Assembly: GCA_024137785.1 (NCBI GenBank)
Contig: JAHRHZ010000040.1
Location: 3,662,189-3,726,188 of the forward strand
Source: Ginglymostoma cirratum
Lineage: Eukaryota
Direction: 5' to 3'
Length of the DNA stretch: 64,000 bases
Below are positions 38,641 through 52,900 of this stretch, piece by piece. The position numbers and the translations under genes were made by a program. Each line of letters opens with the position of its first letter. Position 1 is the first letter of the stretch. The notes under the pieces were generated by a model. That model had not been told where the DNA came from, did not search any database, and saw only the letters and a program-made list of their open reading frames with translations.

Positions 38641-39467
38641 TTGACATTCAATGAAGTTACTACCACTGAATCCCCACTATCAAGATCCTGGGGGTTACCA
38701 TTGACCAGAAACTCAACTGGACTTGCCATATAAGTACAGTGGCTACAGGAGCAGGTCAGAGGGTAGGTATACTACAGTAATTAACTCGCCTCCTGGCTCC
38801 CCAAAGCCTGTCCTCCATCTACAAGGCACAAATCAAGAATTAGATGGAACTCTCTGCAGCTCAAGCACGACACTGTCCAGGACACAGTGGCCTGTTTGAA
38901 TGACATCACATCCACAAGCAAGCATTCACTCCCACACCACCCCCGCCCCCCCCAAAAAAAAAACTCAGTAGCATCAGTGTACTATTGCACAAGATACATT
39001 GGTGAATTTCTACAAAGTTCCTGAAACAGCACCTTTCAAACCCACAACCACTTCCACCTTGAAGGAAATACCGATAAGTGAGAAACCAGTCACCTGCAAG
39101 GTGCTCTACAAGCCCCTCAGCATTCTGAATTGGAAATATCGATGCATTGCCATTCCTTCACTACTGGGTAAAATCCTTGAAATCCCTTCCTAAGGGAATT
39201 GAGGATCAACTTTCAGCATATTGACTGCAGTGGTTCAAGAAGACAGCTCACCACCACCTTTTCGGGCAAAGAGGGATTGGGCAATAAACCCTGGCCAGCC
39301 AGTGACTCCCCTGTCCCGTGTGAGTTTTTTTAAAAGAAATGTCACTTCAGAAGTACGTAACGACAGTAGCAAGTTACATTTTTTCATAAGTTTTAAAAAA
39401 ATCTAGAAAAAGATGTACAGAAGAAAACCAAAGGAGGCTGAAAGCTGCATAGAAAAGAAATCCTGTG

Positions 39468-40835
39468 GAAGGTAGCAAATGTCACCCCAGTGTTTAAGCG
39501 AATGAAAGACAAAACCAGGAACTTCCGGTTTGGCAAAGTAATAGTCAGTAATCAGGGAAATGCTAGAATCTATTATAAAGGATGGGATAAATATACACCT
39601 GGTTGATAATGATCTGATTGGGCATAGTCAGCATGGATTTGTGAATGGTTGGAGTTTGTTTTCCCTAAGTTGTTACTAACAACATTGTGCAGCTGCTCTC
39701 CTTTAGCATCCTTCTTCAGAAAGCTTATCATAAAGCCCTGACCGGAAATCCTGGTCAGATAAAGGAACACACTTGGGATAGGAAGTAATGCACTTGCTGG
39801 GATTATTGATTGGCTAACAGACAGAAAGCCAAGAGTAGGAGTGAACAGGCAACTCTTCTGTTGGCAGGCTGACTAATGAGGTACTGCAAGCATCAGTATC
39901 TGGTACCCCACTGTTCACAGCAGATCACCAATGATTTGGAGGTGGCAAACAGTATTATTTCCAAATTTGCGGATGAACCAAAATGAAGCAGGAATTTGGG
40001 TTGTGAGGAAGCTGTAAAGCAGCTTCAGAAGGATATGGACAGATTTGGTGAATGGACAGAAACATTGCAGATGGAATATGTGGAACACTGAGGTTATCCA
40101 CTTTGGTAGGAGGAAGAGGTGTGAAGATTTCTTACACGAGAAGACATTGAAAAGTGAAGCTGTACAAAGGAACTTTGTCCTTGTCAATAAGTCGCTGAAA
40201 GCTAACGTGCAGCTGTAGCAAGCTGTTAGGAAGGTTAATTGAATGTTGGAGGATTTGAGTAATGGGAGTAGTAAAATTTTGCTTCAGTGTTCTAGGACCT
40301 TGGTTAGAACACATCTGGAATGCTGTTTGTAGTTTTGGTCTCCTTATCAGCGTGCAATGAAGGTTCACCAGGCTTGTTTCTGACCTGATGGGACTGACCT
40401 ATGAGTTAAGATTGAGTAAACTGGGTATGCATTCTCAAGTTTTGAAGATGGCGATGTGATTTGCATTGAAATACTTATACTTAGAATGTTTGAGAGGATA
40501 GACAGGGTAGGTACAAGTAAGGTGTTTCCCCGGTTGAGGAGTCTAAAACGATGGGCCAATTTTAAAATATTGGGGGTGTCATTTAGCACTGATGAGAGAA
40601 CAATTTTTACGTGAGGGTTGTGAACCCTCAGAGGGCTTTGGAAGCTCTGCCTTTGACTGTGCTTAAGGCAGAGATAGATAAATTTCTGATTACCAGTGGC
40701 ATACAGGGTTATGCGATGAGGTGAGTAAGATGTGTTGGAGTGTTCAGTCAGCAATGATCATGTCGAATAATGGGGCAGGCTTCATCTGCTGACTGGTCTA
40801 CTCTTGTTCCTGTGTACTACTCTTGTTCCTATGTT
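39468..40835 (+). mobile_element. CR1 LINE inserted into the hAT fossil
   Basis: WKVANVTPVFK start, SQHGFV, KFADE, VIHFGR; tail TACTCTTGTTCCT duplicated; CCTGTG at 39462-67 and 40836-41. Confidence 0.85.
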
Positions 40836-40841
40836 CCTGTG

Positions 40842-42780
40842 CACTTTCAAAAAAAGCTTTTTTGAAACAAAAATGCCATCTTCAACACAAACAGAAGGTA
40901 AGAATTGGGCTATTCCCTTATGAAACTGATGATACCCTATGCCCTGTTTACTTTAAAGTAAAGACTTGGAGCTGAGTTCAGCACTAGAGAAAAGATGGTC
41001 AGCTTGGAAAATGGACTTCCTAAAGTGGCGTTTGAAGCACAAAATGTTACAAAACTACAACAAAGTTGAAATTTTACTGAGATAGGGATGGAGCAAACAG
41101 CTCAAAAAGATCAATCCCAGTATGGTAAAACTTTTCATTGATCATGTTGAGCTTGCAGTAAAGATGAATGTCAATTTTCTCCACGCGAGATGTTCATGGT
41201 CATATGGATAAGTATACAGCAATTACTGAGAACTGATGCAGTAAAATTTACACCCTTTTAATTTGTGGAGTGTATTGACTACATCATGTAGAAACCTGAT
41301 CCTGATTAAATTACACCAGGTACATGTTCATAGTCACACCTTTTGGCTGAGGTTGCAACAAAGGACTTGCTTTCTCCACTGCTCCCCTTGCCTGCGGTGT
41401 GCTGACCCTGAGGTTGAGCCACCATCAGTTGTCTCTCTGTAAAGAGAGATCAGCCCTGTGGTGTGGTAAGACTGTATCGACTTTACCTTCATGTTGATAG
41501 TAAATGAAAGTAGTCATTTTTAAAAAAACATTTTGTACATCAAATTTCAAAAAACTGAAATTTATTTACAAGATTCACCTTTTTTGAAAGTGACTGACTG
41601 CTTATGACATTAACACCAATCGAGCAATTTTATGTTGTGACCTTGACATACAGATGATGCTAGCATTGCACACCACTACTGTTATGCTTGAAAAAGAAAA
41701 TAGCATAACAACAGTGTTGTAAAGTGAATTTAAACATTTGTTGAAATAGCACTGTGTTCTTCTGAGATGATTTTGGAATATATACATGGAAACAAGTCTC
41801 AATTATGAACGATATTGCAATGCTTCTAAGAACAGTTTATACAAAGTTTGGCTCACTTGTTAAGAAAGGGCAAGTTAAAGATTTTTCTAATGTCAGTATA
41901 ATGCAGTGGCAGTTTGATCTCTGAATGTAGTGAGATGGTTGTCAAGCCACTTTGCTAAATGTGACCCTGCAATGTCCTGATCAAATATTGCAAAGAACGA
42001 ATAAATTATAATGCCCCAATAAACAAATATGGTCTGAAAATGCTCACAATCCATAATATTTTTGCATTGATAACTCTCTGATGTTCCATGTGAAATGGTA
42101 TTGCTGCCGCAATTCTTTGAGAAGCTGTTTGACGACAATTAAAACTATGCCATTTGCAAAGGCCAAGATGAGAAAACTGACAATTCAGTATCTCCATGTT
42201 ATTGGAGTGAAGTAGTTCAGATTCTGTCCGGAGCAGACAGTGATGTTGACACTGCTGCAATCTGTTTAACTGCTGGGTAACCACCTGAAAAGCAGGTTTC
42301 CAGAAGAGGAATTTAAAGTGACATGCATTTGATCAGGATGCAGTCACCAAGACAACTGATTCTTTTCCAAATCCATAAGTGTGGTGTAATTGGTGTTGAA
42401 ATATTGCACTCTTATTCGAACTATGGAAGTGTGGCCCCAAATATATAGGAACGATATTCTGATTTCAAACTTGTGGTTGTGGAAATAGTCCAGGTGAATT
42501 CTATTCGGACCTTCAGTGATTTGCTGAATTTTGCCCCTTTTTTAAAGATGACCAGTTTTGTGAAATGTGCATTCTTTTTGACATTGTGCAACATTCTAGG
42601 TATGAAGTGCTGACTGTGAGCATGGATTTAGCCTCGTGAGCACTAAACTCAAGTCCAGAAATAAATCAATTGGGCAACTTTCTGACCTAAGTCATACAAA
42701 ATGTCTACCTGGATACATTTACAATCACGGGGCAGTAAATAAAGACAGGTGTGCCAAGCTGCCTACAAAAGAATGAAGAA
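40842..42780 (+). mobile_element. Fossil hAT-superfamily transposase (ZNF862-like), frameshifted and stop-riddled
   Basis: Motifs in canonical order: WKMDFLK (~41005), LIVNESS (41494-41514, first catalytic D position), TVMLEKENS, HCVLLR (41750, CxxH position), LNVVRWLSSHFA (41921, RW motif), SADCEHGFSLVSTKLKSRNK (42606-42665, C-terminal dimerisation/catalytic E motif). Confidence 0.85.
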
Positions 42781-43865
42781 ATTTAGTGTCACCTTTTTAG
42801 TCATTCATTTGTACTTGGTATATGTAGTGTCACCACTAAATGAGTCCCCAGAAGACTGAATTGAGCAGCGAATTTTGTTTATTTTAGCCATAAAATACTG
42901 GTAATTGTAAAATGATATAAATATGTGAATTTTTAATACTTGAAGCAATTTTCTTTTGTAATGTGTTTGTCTTCCTCTAAATGGATGCTCTGGTTTAAAT
43001 ATACTCCCTGACTACTCAGTTCACATCGCATCCCAAAAATTTGGCGAGACCACAGTGAAATCGCAGAATCATGATATAGAGCCAGCTTTCTTTGTCTGAT
43101 GCTTCATGAGTTCATTTACTGGTGAAGATTTGTTTTTGAAGGCTGCCATGACCTTCTAAAGCTGACAACAAATGCATCTTTCTACCATTGTTAATCCACC
43201 TCTGCTCAAGAAAAAAACATGCAAGTGAATATGAATCATGCGTGGGCCCTGAAGCAGCCAATTACACGGCACTGCATATTGAATTGGCATGTTTTCAAAA
43301 GTCAATGCAATCACCATTTGTTTCTTTTAAACAAATACCAGACACTGGTTTGGAATGTATTAATAGAAATTACAAGTTACATTGAGCCTTGTTGTCTAGT
43401 TGTGCTTGGCACAGAGACTGCTCGGACTGTGGCATCCTAATGGCTTTGTGATCTGTGCACAAGTTTTGTTGGGATAGCCAGGTTTGAAAGCTTTTGTTGA
43501 TTAGAAAAACAAGTTACTTTGACAAATTATTTGAATTTGCCTTTCAACAAAAAAGTCTTGCGATGTTGTCTGACTTTTATACAGTAAAGTACAATGTATA
43601 ATTTGGGGCATTCACACGTTGCCATTGGAAAGCACTGTGGTTAATTTATGGTATTGTTAGTTTTGGACCTGCTATATATAATGATTAACAATAACTTTGA
43701 TTTGGCTTGGCAGAATTCCTGTTTACATGGTGTACGAATTCAGAGTGGCGATGGTTCCTATCTCCAGGGATTGACCTCGCCCACCTTTTTTGGAGTTTTG
43801 CTTTTTAAGTTGTGATACACTCTTAATGAAAGCCATATAACAAGGCAATTTCTAATCTCTCTCAG

Positions 43866-43941
43866 GGGTCTTTTTATTACGATCCATGACCGTGGACATA
43901 TTGCTACACTTCTGAAGTCCTGGCCAGAGAATGATATTCGG
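43866..43941 (+). CDS. ME1: Malic enzyme exon (ME1 exon 4 equivalent)
   Basis: ctctctcAG|G GGT...CGG|GTatg, 76 nt. Translates GLFITIHDRGHIATLLKSWPENDIR; phase matches both neighbours. Confidence 0.96.
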
Positions 43942-45644
43942 GTATGTTTGAATTGCTGTGTATTTACTGAAACCTTGTGTCTTTTGGCTTTTCTTTTTGT
44001 TGGTTGCCAGAGGACATTTCACACAAGGCCCTGAAGGCCAGGCAGGCAAACTGTCCACAAGTCACAGCTGTTAATACATGAACTCCAGATTCGCACAGGG
44101 GTGTGACTCATCTGTTCATTTGGCCCTGGTCGAGAGATACTAGATCTCCTTTCTGTGCTCCAACACTCACTTTTGGTACAGTTTAGCTGGTGAGAAATTA
44201 CAAAATTGAGAAGAGTGGCATAAGACAAGTACATTTTCTGGAATGATGGGACTAATAATGTCTATTTGTTTGATTTTCTTGCCTGAGCTAACTCCTCTAT
44301 CAATGCCAAAATGAAGACAGCTGACAGTAGAGTCAATCTGTGTCTTCTATACATAAAAGATGTCATTCAGGATTCCCACTGCTGATCTCTTTTTCTAGTG
44401 GCCTTTCATCTCCTTCACCACTGATACTCAGCAGCTATGTGTACCATCTACACAACAATGCAGTGAGACCAAGGCTTCTCTGACAGCATCTTCCAAACCA
44501 TGACCGTAGCCAGCTGAAAGGTCAAGGGCAGCAAGTTTACGTTCCCCCTCCGTGCCACACTGATTTGGAACTATGTCACTGTTCCCTATATCACTGTCAC
44601 TGACTCAAAAACCTAGAACTCCTTTCCAAATGGAACATTGAGTGTCCTTGTACCATGAAGACCGTGGTGGTTCAAAAAGGCAGCTCACCAACTTGTCCAG
44701 GGCAATTAGGGATGAGCACCAAATGCTGATCCGGCCTATGACACCCACATCCCATGGACAATTTCTTTTTAAAACTTGTTTGCGAAAGGTTAGGGTTAGG
44801 TTAAGTGAAACAGGCGCATGAGTCTATAAGCCTGCTAAATCTCGTTGACTTTCACATGAGCCTAGATAGTCATTAAGGTGTGATAATCCAGGGCTGCTGA
44901 CCCCTGTAGTCCAGCATGAGTTAACAGGAACGATGGGAGGGAAGAGATTTGAAGTTGAAACACAAGCAGGGTGTTTCAATTGTAGAATTGGTTGTGTGTA
45001 ATAGTGACAAATCCCAAGTTTTTTTTTTTTGAGTGCTTTTCTGGCTTCAAATACATTGGTAGTATTTGAGTAAAATGAGCACTTTATCCATAAGTTTGTG
45101 CTAACTGCATAGATGGGCGTCAGAGGAATCGAACCACATGGTTCAACACCTCCATTTGCAAATTAAACAAAAAACCTCAAATAATTTTTCACTTAAGTTA
45201 TTAACTAAAACTGTGAGCAGAATTGTGAAATAAACTCCCAATGTCTCACCCAGGTATTGCCCTGGAATTCTCAAAGTTCTCCTGACACCATAGGTCACTG
45301 CTGGAATTATAAGGGAAGCAACTACCTTGATCCAAGATCAATGGATTCTGTCGCCAGTTACGTCGAAACCCCTTGCAAAATTTCTGTGCTTGTATATTTT
45401 TCTCTTTCCTAATCAATCTTCTAAAGACCAATAGCCAAAGCACCATCAGCTAACTGTATGGATAGGTTGCTAAATATCTGATTTCTAGAAATGTTTTTCA
45501 AAGCCAATATAGGATGAACAGCAGCGACATGCATTGCTTCTAACCTCCACTCTTCATTCTAAGTTTGAGAATAGGATTTTGGGGTGACTCTTTTGATATC
45601 TTAACTGTGTTGATGAATGATTCTGCTGCTATCATATTGTATAA

Positions 45645-45869
<225 letters not shown>

Positions 45870-47297
45870 TGATCTATGTTACAGTTTTACAACAGTATAT
45901 TGCCTAACTTTGGTTTTATCATCAGTGGAATCCATGCATTAGTTTAAGACTATCGAAGTGCAATATTTGATCTGTTGTGCAATGTCTGTCAAATTGTAAC
46001 AATGCCGTTTTTGTGTGCAAAGCTTCCGGCAATATAGCTTTCCTGAGGCAATACTTTTTCTCAAATCACATTCTCTGGCATGTAGATTTAGACTTGGCTG
46101 AACATAGTTTAACGTTGTGCACTGAATTATCAGATATTGATCACTGCTCTGCTATGAAGTCCGACTGAAAGAGGTGTTCGTATCAGTGTGGAGATTGCAC
46201 TGGCTGTAAAGATGAGCCAAGGAAACAGAATACATAATAAGCCTAAAGATTGCAGATTATGGGAAGGAATGATCAGTTAGAGGAGCTGCAGAACTGGGAC
46301 GTGATGAGGCAATGGAAAGGCTTTAAATTTTAAATTGCGTGTGCTGGAGAACAGGTTACCGTAGTTGGAGAACAAGATGATAGTCGAGCATAAATTAGAA
46401 TGTAGGTTGTTGAATGTTGTAATGTTAGTATGAAAAATAGGAGCTCGGCAAGAACATGGAAAAATTGAGTATAACAGAGATCAAAGTGCAGATAAGAAAT
46501 TTACACTCCTCCAGGTCCCAGATGCTGGTGTAATTGAGGGATGGAAGTAAGGTTGTAGCTATCGGTCTAACTGGGAGCTCAGCATGCCAGCCCATGCTGA
46601 AGTGGAAAGACCCCATGAACTGAAGATGGTGCCAAATGGGCACAAAAAAAAAAATCCTCTGTTTTACATAGTACCAATTGTCAATTTAAGGGCCTAAAAG
46701 AACCGGCAACCTAATCCAATATTTTTTTTTTCCCCCTCATTCTTCAAGATAGTAGGTTGAGGCTGGAGAGCTGCTCTCATTGCGTCTGGAAGTTGGATAC
46801 TCTGCTTTTCTTTTGCCTTAGAGTAGGAGATTAAAGTCTAGCTCATGTTTGGATGCAAATGAAAATAGAACTGAAGTGGCAATTCCTTTGCTATCTTATC
46901 TGCAGCTCTTTAATTGATTGCTTCAATGTTTTAAGCCTTTGAGTTACTGAGATGTTTAAAACTGTAATCTGTTGGTACATTATAGTCCAGTTCATTGTAG
47001 CAATGTGTCAGTCAGGATGTGGGAATTTGATGAGACTGAATTCAGCTAAACATTTTTTAATACTGTTTCATCTTTAGATGATTGACATAGGCTAGCAGAA
47101 TTCTGAGAATTGAGCTGAGATCATATATTTGAATAATTCTGACTCTGTCACAATCACCTTGCTCTTCTTCATGCTATTAAGAGTTAATATCTCACTGATC
47201 CTCCTGGTTTACAATCAGTACTTTCTGCTCCTAAGATTATTTCTGGTGTACGTTTGGGTTAGATATTTTTCTAGTAATATAAATTTTTTGAATTCAA

Positions 47298-47650
47298 TCA
47301 TGGGAATGACAGCATCACTAGCTAGGCAGCATTTATTGCCCATCCCTTTTGCCCAGAGGGCAATTAAGAGTCAACCACATTGCTGTGGGTCTGGAGTCAC
47401 ATGTAGGCCAGACCAGGTAAGGATAGCAGTTTCCTTCCTGAAAGGCCATCAGTGAACCAGATGGGTTTTCCCAACAATCAACAATTGATTCATGGTCATC
47501 ATTAGATCCTTAATTCCAGATATTTATTGAATTTGAATTCGAATTCAGTCATCTGCCATAGCTGGTTTCGAACCCGGGTCCCCAGAACGTTATCTGGGTC
47601 TCTGGATTAACTGCCCAGCGATTTAATACCACTAGGCTATCGCCTCCCCC
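47298..47650 (-). mobile_element. tRNA-derived SINE, near full length (related partial copies at ~6640-6850, 28640-28790, 31020-31200, 35360-35600)
   Basis: Minus strand starts GGGGAGGCGATAGCCTAGTGG (A box) with GGTTCGAAACC (B box); tail resembles the LINE 3' ends at ~39300 and ~48120. Confidence 0.8.
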
Positions 47651-49188
47651 AACTTGCCAGCATGCTCTTAGCATGCTGGCATGCTAGTCTCAAGACTACC
47701 TGAAAAGAAGACTATCCAGGATAAAGCAGTTGGCTTGATGGCACCCTATCTAACACCTTTAATTTTAACCCTCTCCAGCATATAGCTGCAATGTGTACCA
47801 TCTACATGTTGCACTGTAGCAACTCGTCATCTGCCCTGAGGGCAGTACCTTACAAACCTGTGACCGCTATCATCTGGAATGATACATGTGAATGCCACCA
47901 TCTGAATTTCCCCTCCAAGCTATGCACCATCCTGGCTTGCAACTGTAACACTGTTCTTATAATGTCACTGAGTCAAAATCGTGGAACTCCCTCCTTTAAC
48001 AGCCCTGTCGGTATACATATACCACAAAGATTGTAGCAGCTTGAGAAGACAGCTCACCACCACCTTTTTCAACGGTAGCCAGGGCTGGACTGAATTCTGA
48101 CCCAGTGACACCCACATCCCATTAATGAATAAATTTTTAAAAACAAATGTGGACAGTTTTTAAGAACTTGCCTCCTGACTTCCCAAAGCCTGTCCATCAC
48201 CTACAAGCACAAGTCAGGAGTGTGATGGAATACTCCCCACTTGCCTGGATGAGTGCAGCTCCAACAACACAAGAAGCTTGACACCATCCAGGACAAAGCA
48301 GTCTGCTTGATTGGTAGCACATCCACTCCCTCCACTATCCACACTGCAGCTACTATCTTTAAGATGCAGTGCAGAAATTCACCAAGTCCTCTTAAACATG
48401 ACCTTCAAATCCCATGACCATTCTTAACGAGCAAGATAAGAGCAGCAGATATTGAACTGCCACCATATGCAATTTCTTATTCAAACTTCGATTACTTGAC
48501 AATATATCGCTGTTCATTCAGTGTGGCTGGGTGCAAATCCTGGAACTGCCTCCCTTACAGCTGTGTGTGCGTGTGCACCTGTACCAAATAGATGGCAGAG
48601 ACTCAAGAAGGCGGGTAACTTGGGATGGATAATAAACGTTGGCCCAGCCATTGCTTAAATCTCGAGTGATTAAAGGAACAAGACTGCTTTTGCATCCTTG
48701 ACCATAAAAATGATAGATGTGACAATGTTTTGATGAAATCTGTAATGCCTAATGTATTCTTTACCAATTCAAGTCCATGTATTTCATTATTTAATCACTG
48801 ACAGTTCATTTATCAGACTAATCAATCCTGAAAAGTGCAATGTTTTAGTTCTGGCTGTTTCAAGATATCCAGTTTCAGCCATTGGATCTCTTGGCAACTT
48901 GTCCAAAATCAGAAGCGCATAATCGATGTGTGGTCAGAAGCCAGCACTCAGTGAGCATGGATGCTGTCAATGTACACTCAAAACATATGAAGGGCAGCTT
49001 GTGAAATCAGCACGTAAAACAGATCTGACTTTAACTGTGTAGTTTTCATATGTGCTGCTCCAGTGTTTGCTCCCTGTTAATCACCTATAGTCCAGTATCT
49101 GTTCAATATGTAGTTCCAAAGGGGAAGGGCTTGATTCTCACTTTGTGGTTTGCTCGGACCACTTGCTCCCAGTCGTGAGGCTCCACCT

Positions 49189-49921
49189 CACCTGCAGACA
49201 GGCCTGCAGCCTCAAAGTAGGAGAAAGGCAGCATTAACAAAGGCAGAAAGACGTTTACCATGGTTTTCTTGACATTAGTTCTAGGCCAGAGGGGACATCT
49301 CTAACATCTAACAATGAACTGCATACAGTGAGAAAGCAGAGGTAATAATTTCACTGTGGCCAAAGAGAGGAGTGCAATGTATTCCCTTTTGCGGCTGGAA
49401 ATGGGTGGCTTGAGCACGTGGCTTCACTGGGTTCAATATTGTAGCGCAGGGTGTCATTGACAGCACGTTCAGTTATTTTGAAGAAACTGTGTAGAAATTC
49501 AGCAATGCCCCCAACTGAAAGTCTCCCCAAGCTCCAGGTGCAATTGAACTGTTACATGGTGCAGTGCACTTGCCAATATCTGATAGCAACAGCCATGATG
49601 CCTTATATTGCACAGTTACAATGTACGAATAATATTTCAGTCACCATGATAGACTAGTGAGCGGCTGTTGGGCCCCAAAGCTCTTCATAAGCAAGCCCAT
49701 TACGTTGGTGCACCACTGATACACAGTGGGCAACATGAGTGTATTGAGAACTGTAATGATGTAAAAAATGTGAATGAGCAGACTGTGTTCTTGAGCAATG
49801 TTTTTACTGTCTAAAATGCACTAAAAAATAAGCAGTGCAAGCCAACTCTATCCAACGAAGCATTCAATATTCCTCACCCTTTGAATTTGTCTTCTGTGTG
49901 CTTTGCTGTCTCCACCACACC
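49189..49921 (+). mobile_element. Fossil PIF/Harbinger (HARBI1-like) transposase
   Basis: Ordered degenerate motifs: LQPQSRRKAAL, F*ARGDISNI, ARGFTGFNIVAQGVIDST (49414-49467), LQVQLNC, SHDA, RLLGPKA (GDKG position), NVNEQT, IQYSSP...VLCCLHH. Confidence 0.8.
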
Positions 49922-52900
49922 TATGTGATGTTATGTACCTCAGTGAGTGGTGTGTTGCTGATTTTCTATTGTGGGGGTTTGCAAGTCGACTTGTATGAGA
50001 CCCAACTGTACTGTGCACTGCACTACTTTGGTCTGTGGTGAGCAGATGCAGGCTGGGATGAGATAAAAAGCAGAAAAAGGGGGTTCTCGTGTGTTCTCCC
50101 ATGTAGTCCCACACTGGCTGTTTCCCAAGCCAGATTTGCTTCCTTCGTGACTGCCAACATGGAACATTACATTTCCTGTTAAGAGGTTGAAGCTATTTTT
50201 AAGACATGTTGACTAGTTAAAATTTCAGTGCTTACTGCCAGTAAACAGTAGAGTTATTGTTCAAACAAGCAATAGCACCATAATATTATATTCCATGCAT
50301 CTCACTAAATGGATGGAGGTTAACAGACCATCACTATCCCAGTGGATCTGCTGGCCTAATGAGCAATTTTAAACAATTATTTAAGTATTTTTTAAATTTG
50401 TGTAATTATACACAGATGAGGAAGAATCTACCTCTCCTTGGGACATTGTTAAACAGTGCAAGTCATGTAAATTGACTGGTCAAAGTATGTCCTGTATGAA
50501 TGTGTCAATATGCAGACGTACAGAAATGTTGGCCGTAGTGAAAAGTTGTTTTCCAGCTTGTTATCAATCTAGGTCAGATTTTTCTCCACAATAAATTCCC
50601 GATTGCAAGTCGTTAAATAATTGCAGTTTTCTCTTTTCACTAGCCATGATGACTTATGCAGATACCAGAAGAAAATGTCATTTATCAGTCTTTTATCGTT
50701 TAAAAATAACAGCTGGCTTGACTTGATGTGGGTGTAACAGGAGCATTCAAAGTAATTATTGCTTTGTTTACCAGTTTACCAAACAAGAATGATCTTGTTA
50801 TCAAATTGAGAATAAAATAATTTGGAAAATTGCTGCCAGGGTTGATTATAACTACCTTAGCTAACTTGGACCCGGTTTGTAATGTGGGATTCTGAAAGGG
50901 ATAACAAACTTTAACTGGTGGCATGCAGCATTCTGAACAGTTTAATCATAGCTGAGACAAAGTAGAGTGCTCTGCTTCTGCTATGTTTAAATCTGTGTAA
51001 GATAAGGCAATACATTCTTTTTTTTAAAAAAACCCCAGACATTATAACAGTTGTGATTGAAGCAGGATTATTAATGATTGATGGCTTTGGTTTCTATATT
51101 TTTTCCAGACGGTAATCTGAGTTTGTTGAAATGCATGAATACCATGGAAATAGGCGTGGGAACATTAAAACAGTAATTTCCTTTTCTCTCCCTATTTTTT
51201 TTCCTGTCCTTTCATTTACAGTTATTGTAGTCAGTGTTGGATTTTGTTGGAAAGATTTTTTAAGTGTTGATTTTACCCTTTGGTTACTTACATTATGTAA
51301 AATGATATTGCATTCAGGAATTGTTCATTTATAAAGCATTCCACATTGCTGTTTGTTGGAGCATGCTGAGTCAGTTGTCCGTAGCATTTTTCCCATTACA
51401 ACAGTGAATTCATTTCGAAAAAGGAATTCGTTGGCTGTAAATTTGTCCTTGATGTCCAGCGGTCTTGAAAAATACAATGTAACTGCAAGACTGTTTGTTT
51501 GTTTTCTTTCGAATAGCTATCTTGCTCTTTTGCTTGTATGTATTTATGTTGTATATGTCATAGCTTGTTCGTAGGATTTTTTTTGATTGCTAGATTTACC
51601 TGAATGAGAAGCTGTTTCTCCTCCAGAAGAAAGGTGTATTGAAATATGGACCATAGTACATGTGCATGTACTATGTTTCAGCATTGTGATTTAATCTATT
51701 CGCTTTGGCATTTCAAAGCTCCAAACTTCAATTTATACAATGAGCTAGATTTTTTAAAAATCTTAAAAGTATGAAAAGTGAGTGGTTACCTTTCAGGCTA
51801 CAAGGAAGTATGCGGTGGAGTTCCTAAGGGATCTGTAGCAGGAGAGTTGTATTTCTTTATGGTTAAAAAGATGTAATATATATGTAATAAAATATTGATT
51901 TTTAAAATATAATTAGCTAGACATGTCTCAATTTTCCTTCTTAAATGTGTGAAGCAAAGGGTGCTGGCTACAGCAACAATAACGAATTTGCAAAGAGCCA
52001 GCTCTTGAATGGAGACACTGAGTCTCTGACACTTTTTTAGTGGAAAAATAGCCTCATGACCCAATTTGGAAGCGTTTTTAAAAAAGTGTTTTGAATGCAC
52101 TGTCAGGGGGGACTTGCCACAATATTTGCCCTCTCTTGGTCTGAAATCCCTCTCCATCAATTGAATAGCCACTGTGGAAGGCTTTAACACTGCAAATGCT
52201 TCTCTCTTTTTGGGTAAAGAGAAGGCCAAGAGGTCAGAGCATTCTCTCTTTTAGGCCTGTCAGGAAATGCAGAATGTTGTCTTCCCAAGTGACAGAAAGA
52301 GGCAACTTCTTCTATTAACTGAGCAAGTCTGACTCAAAGTTGCAGAGGTTGGTCAGTGATTGTGGGATTGTCTAATGAACCAGACTGCAGTGTTGTAAGT
52401 GTGTCAACAATATCCTCTCCAGCAGTGGATATGACACCTTTGTGCCCATGGGGGTCATTGAATGGATATGTCTGAGGATGGGCATGCATTTTATTTGCTG
52501 TTCACTGCTGCTAAAATCTGGATCTGGTGCAAAGAGTTCTCTGCAGACAATACCCCCATGCCTTATCCCCAGCCCCTCAAAACAATACATACTGAGATCA
52601 TCTGCAGCCAGATGGATCTGGAAAAAAATCCCTCCCATGTTATGGATGGAGTGGCAGTTGATAAACCAGAATGGATGGACTCATTTACTGATGATTTCGA
52701 GCATAGACTTATGAAAGAACGTATTTTGACACTTTACAATTCTAAAGGGGCTATAGGAACAGCAGAAACTGGGATTTACTCCTAAATTTCACTCTTAGCA
52801 TTACACTCTCTCTTTTAAGTAAATGAAAAGCCAATGAACAAATTAATGGAGAGCCCCAAAGGGAACACTAACAAAAGATGTTGAAGGAAACTTGAAGTTT

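Noticed and set aside
44808-44825. TTAGGG-like motifs (also ~56524-56540)
   Set aside because: Only one or two imperfect units; not an interstitial telomeric array.
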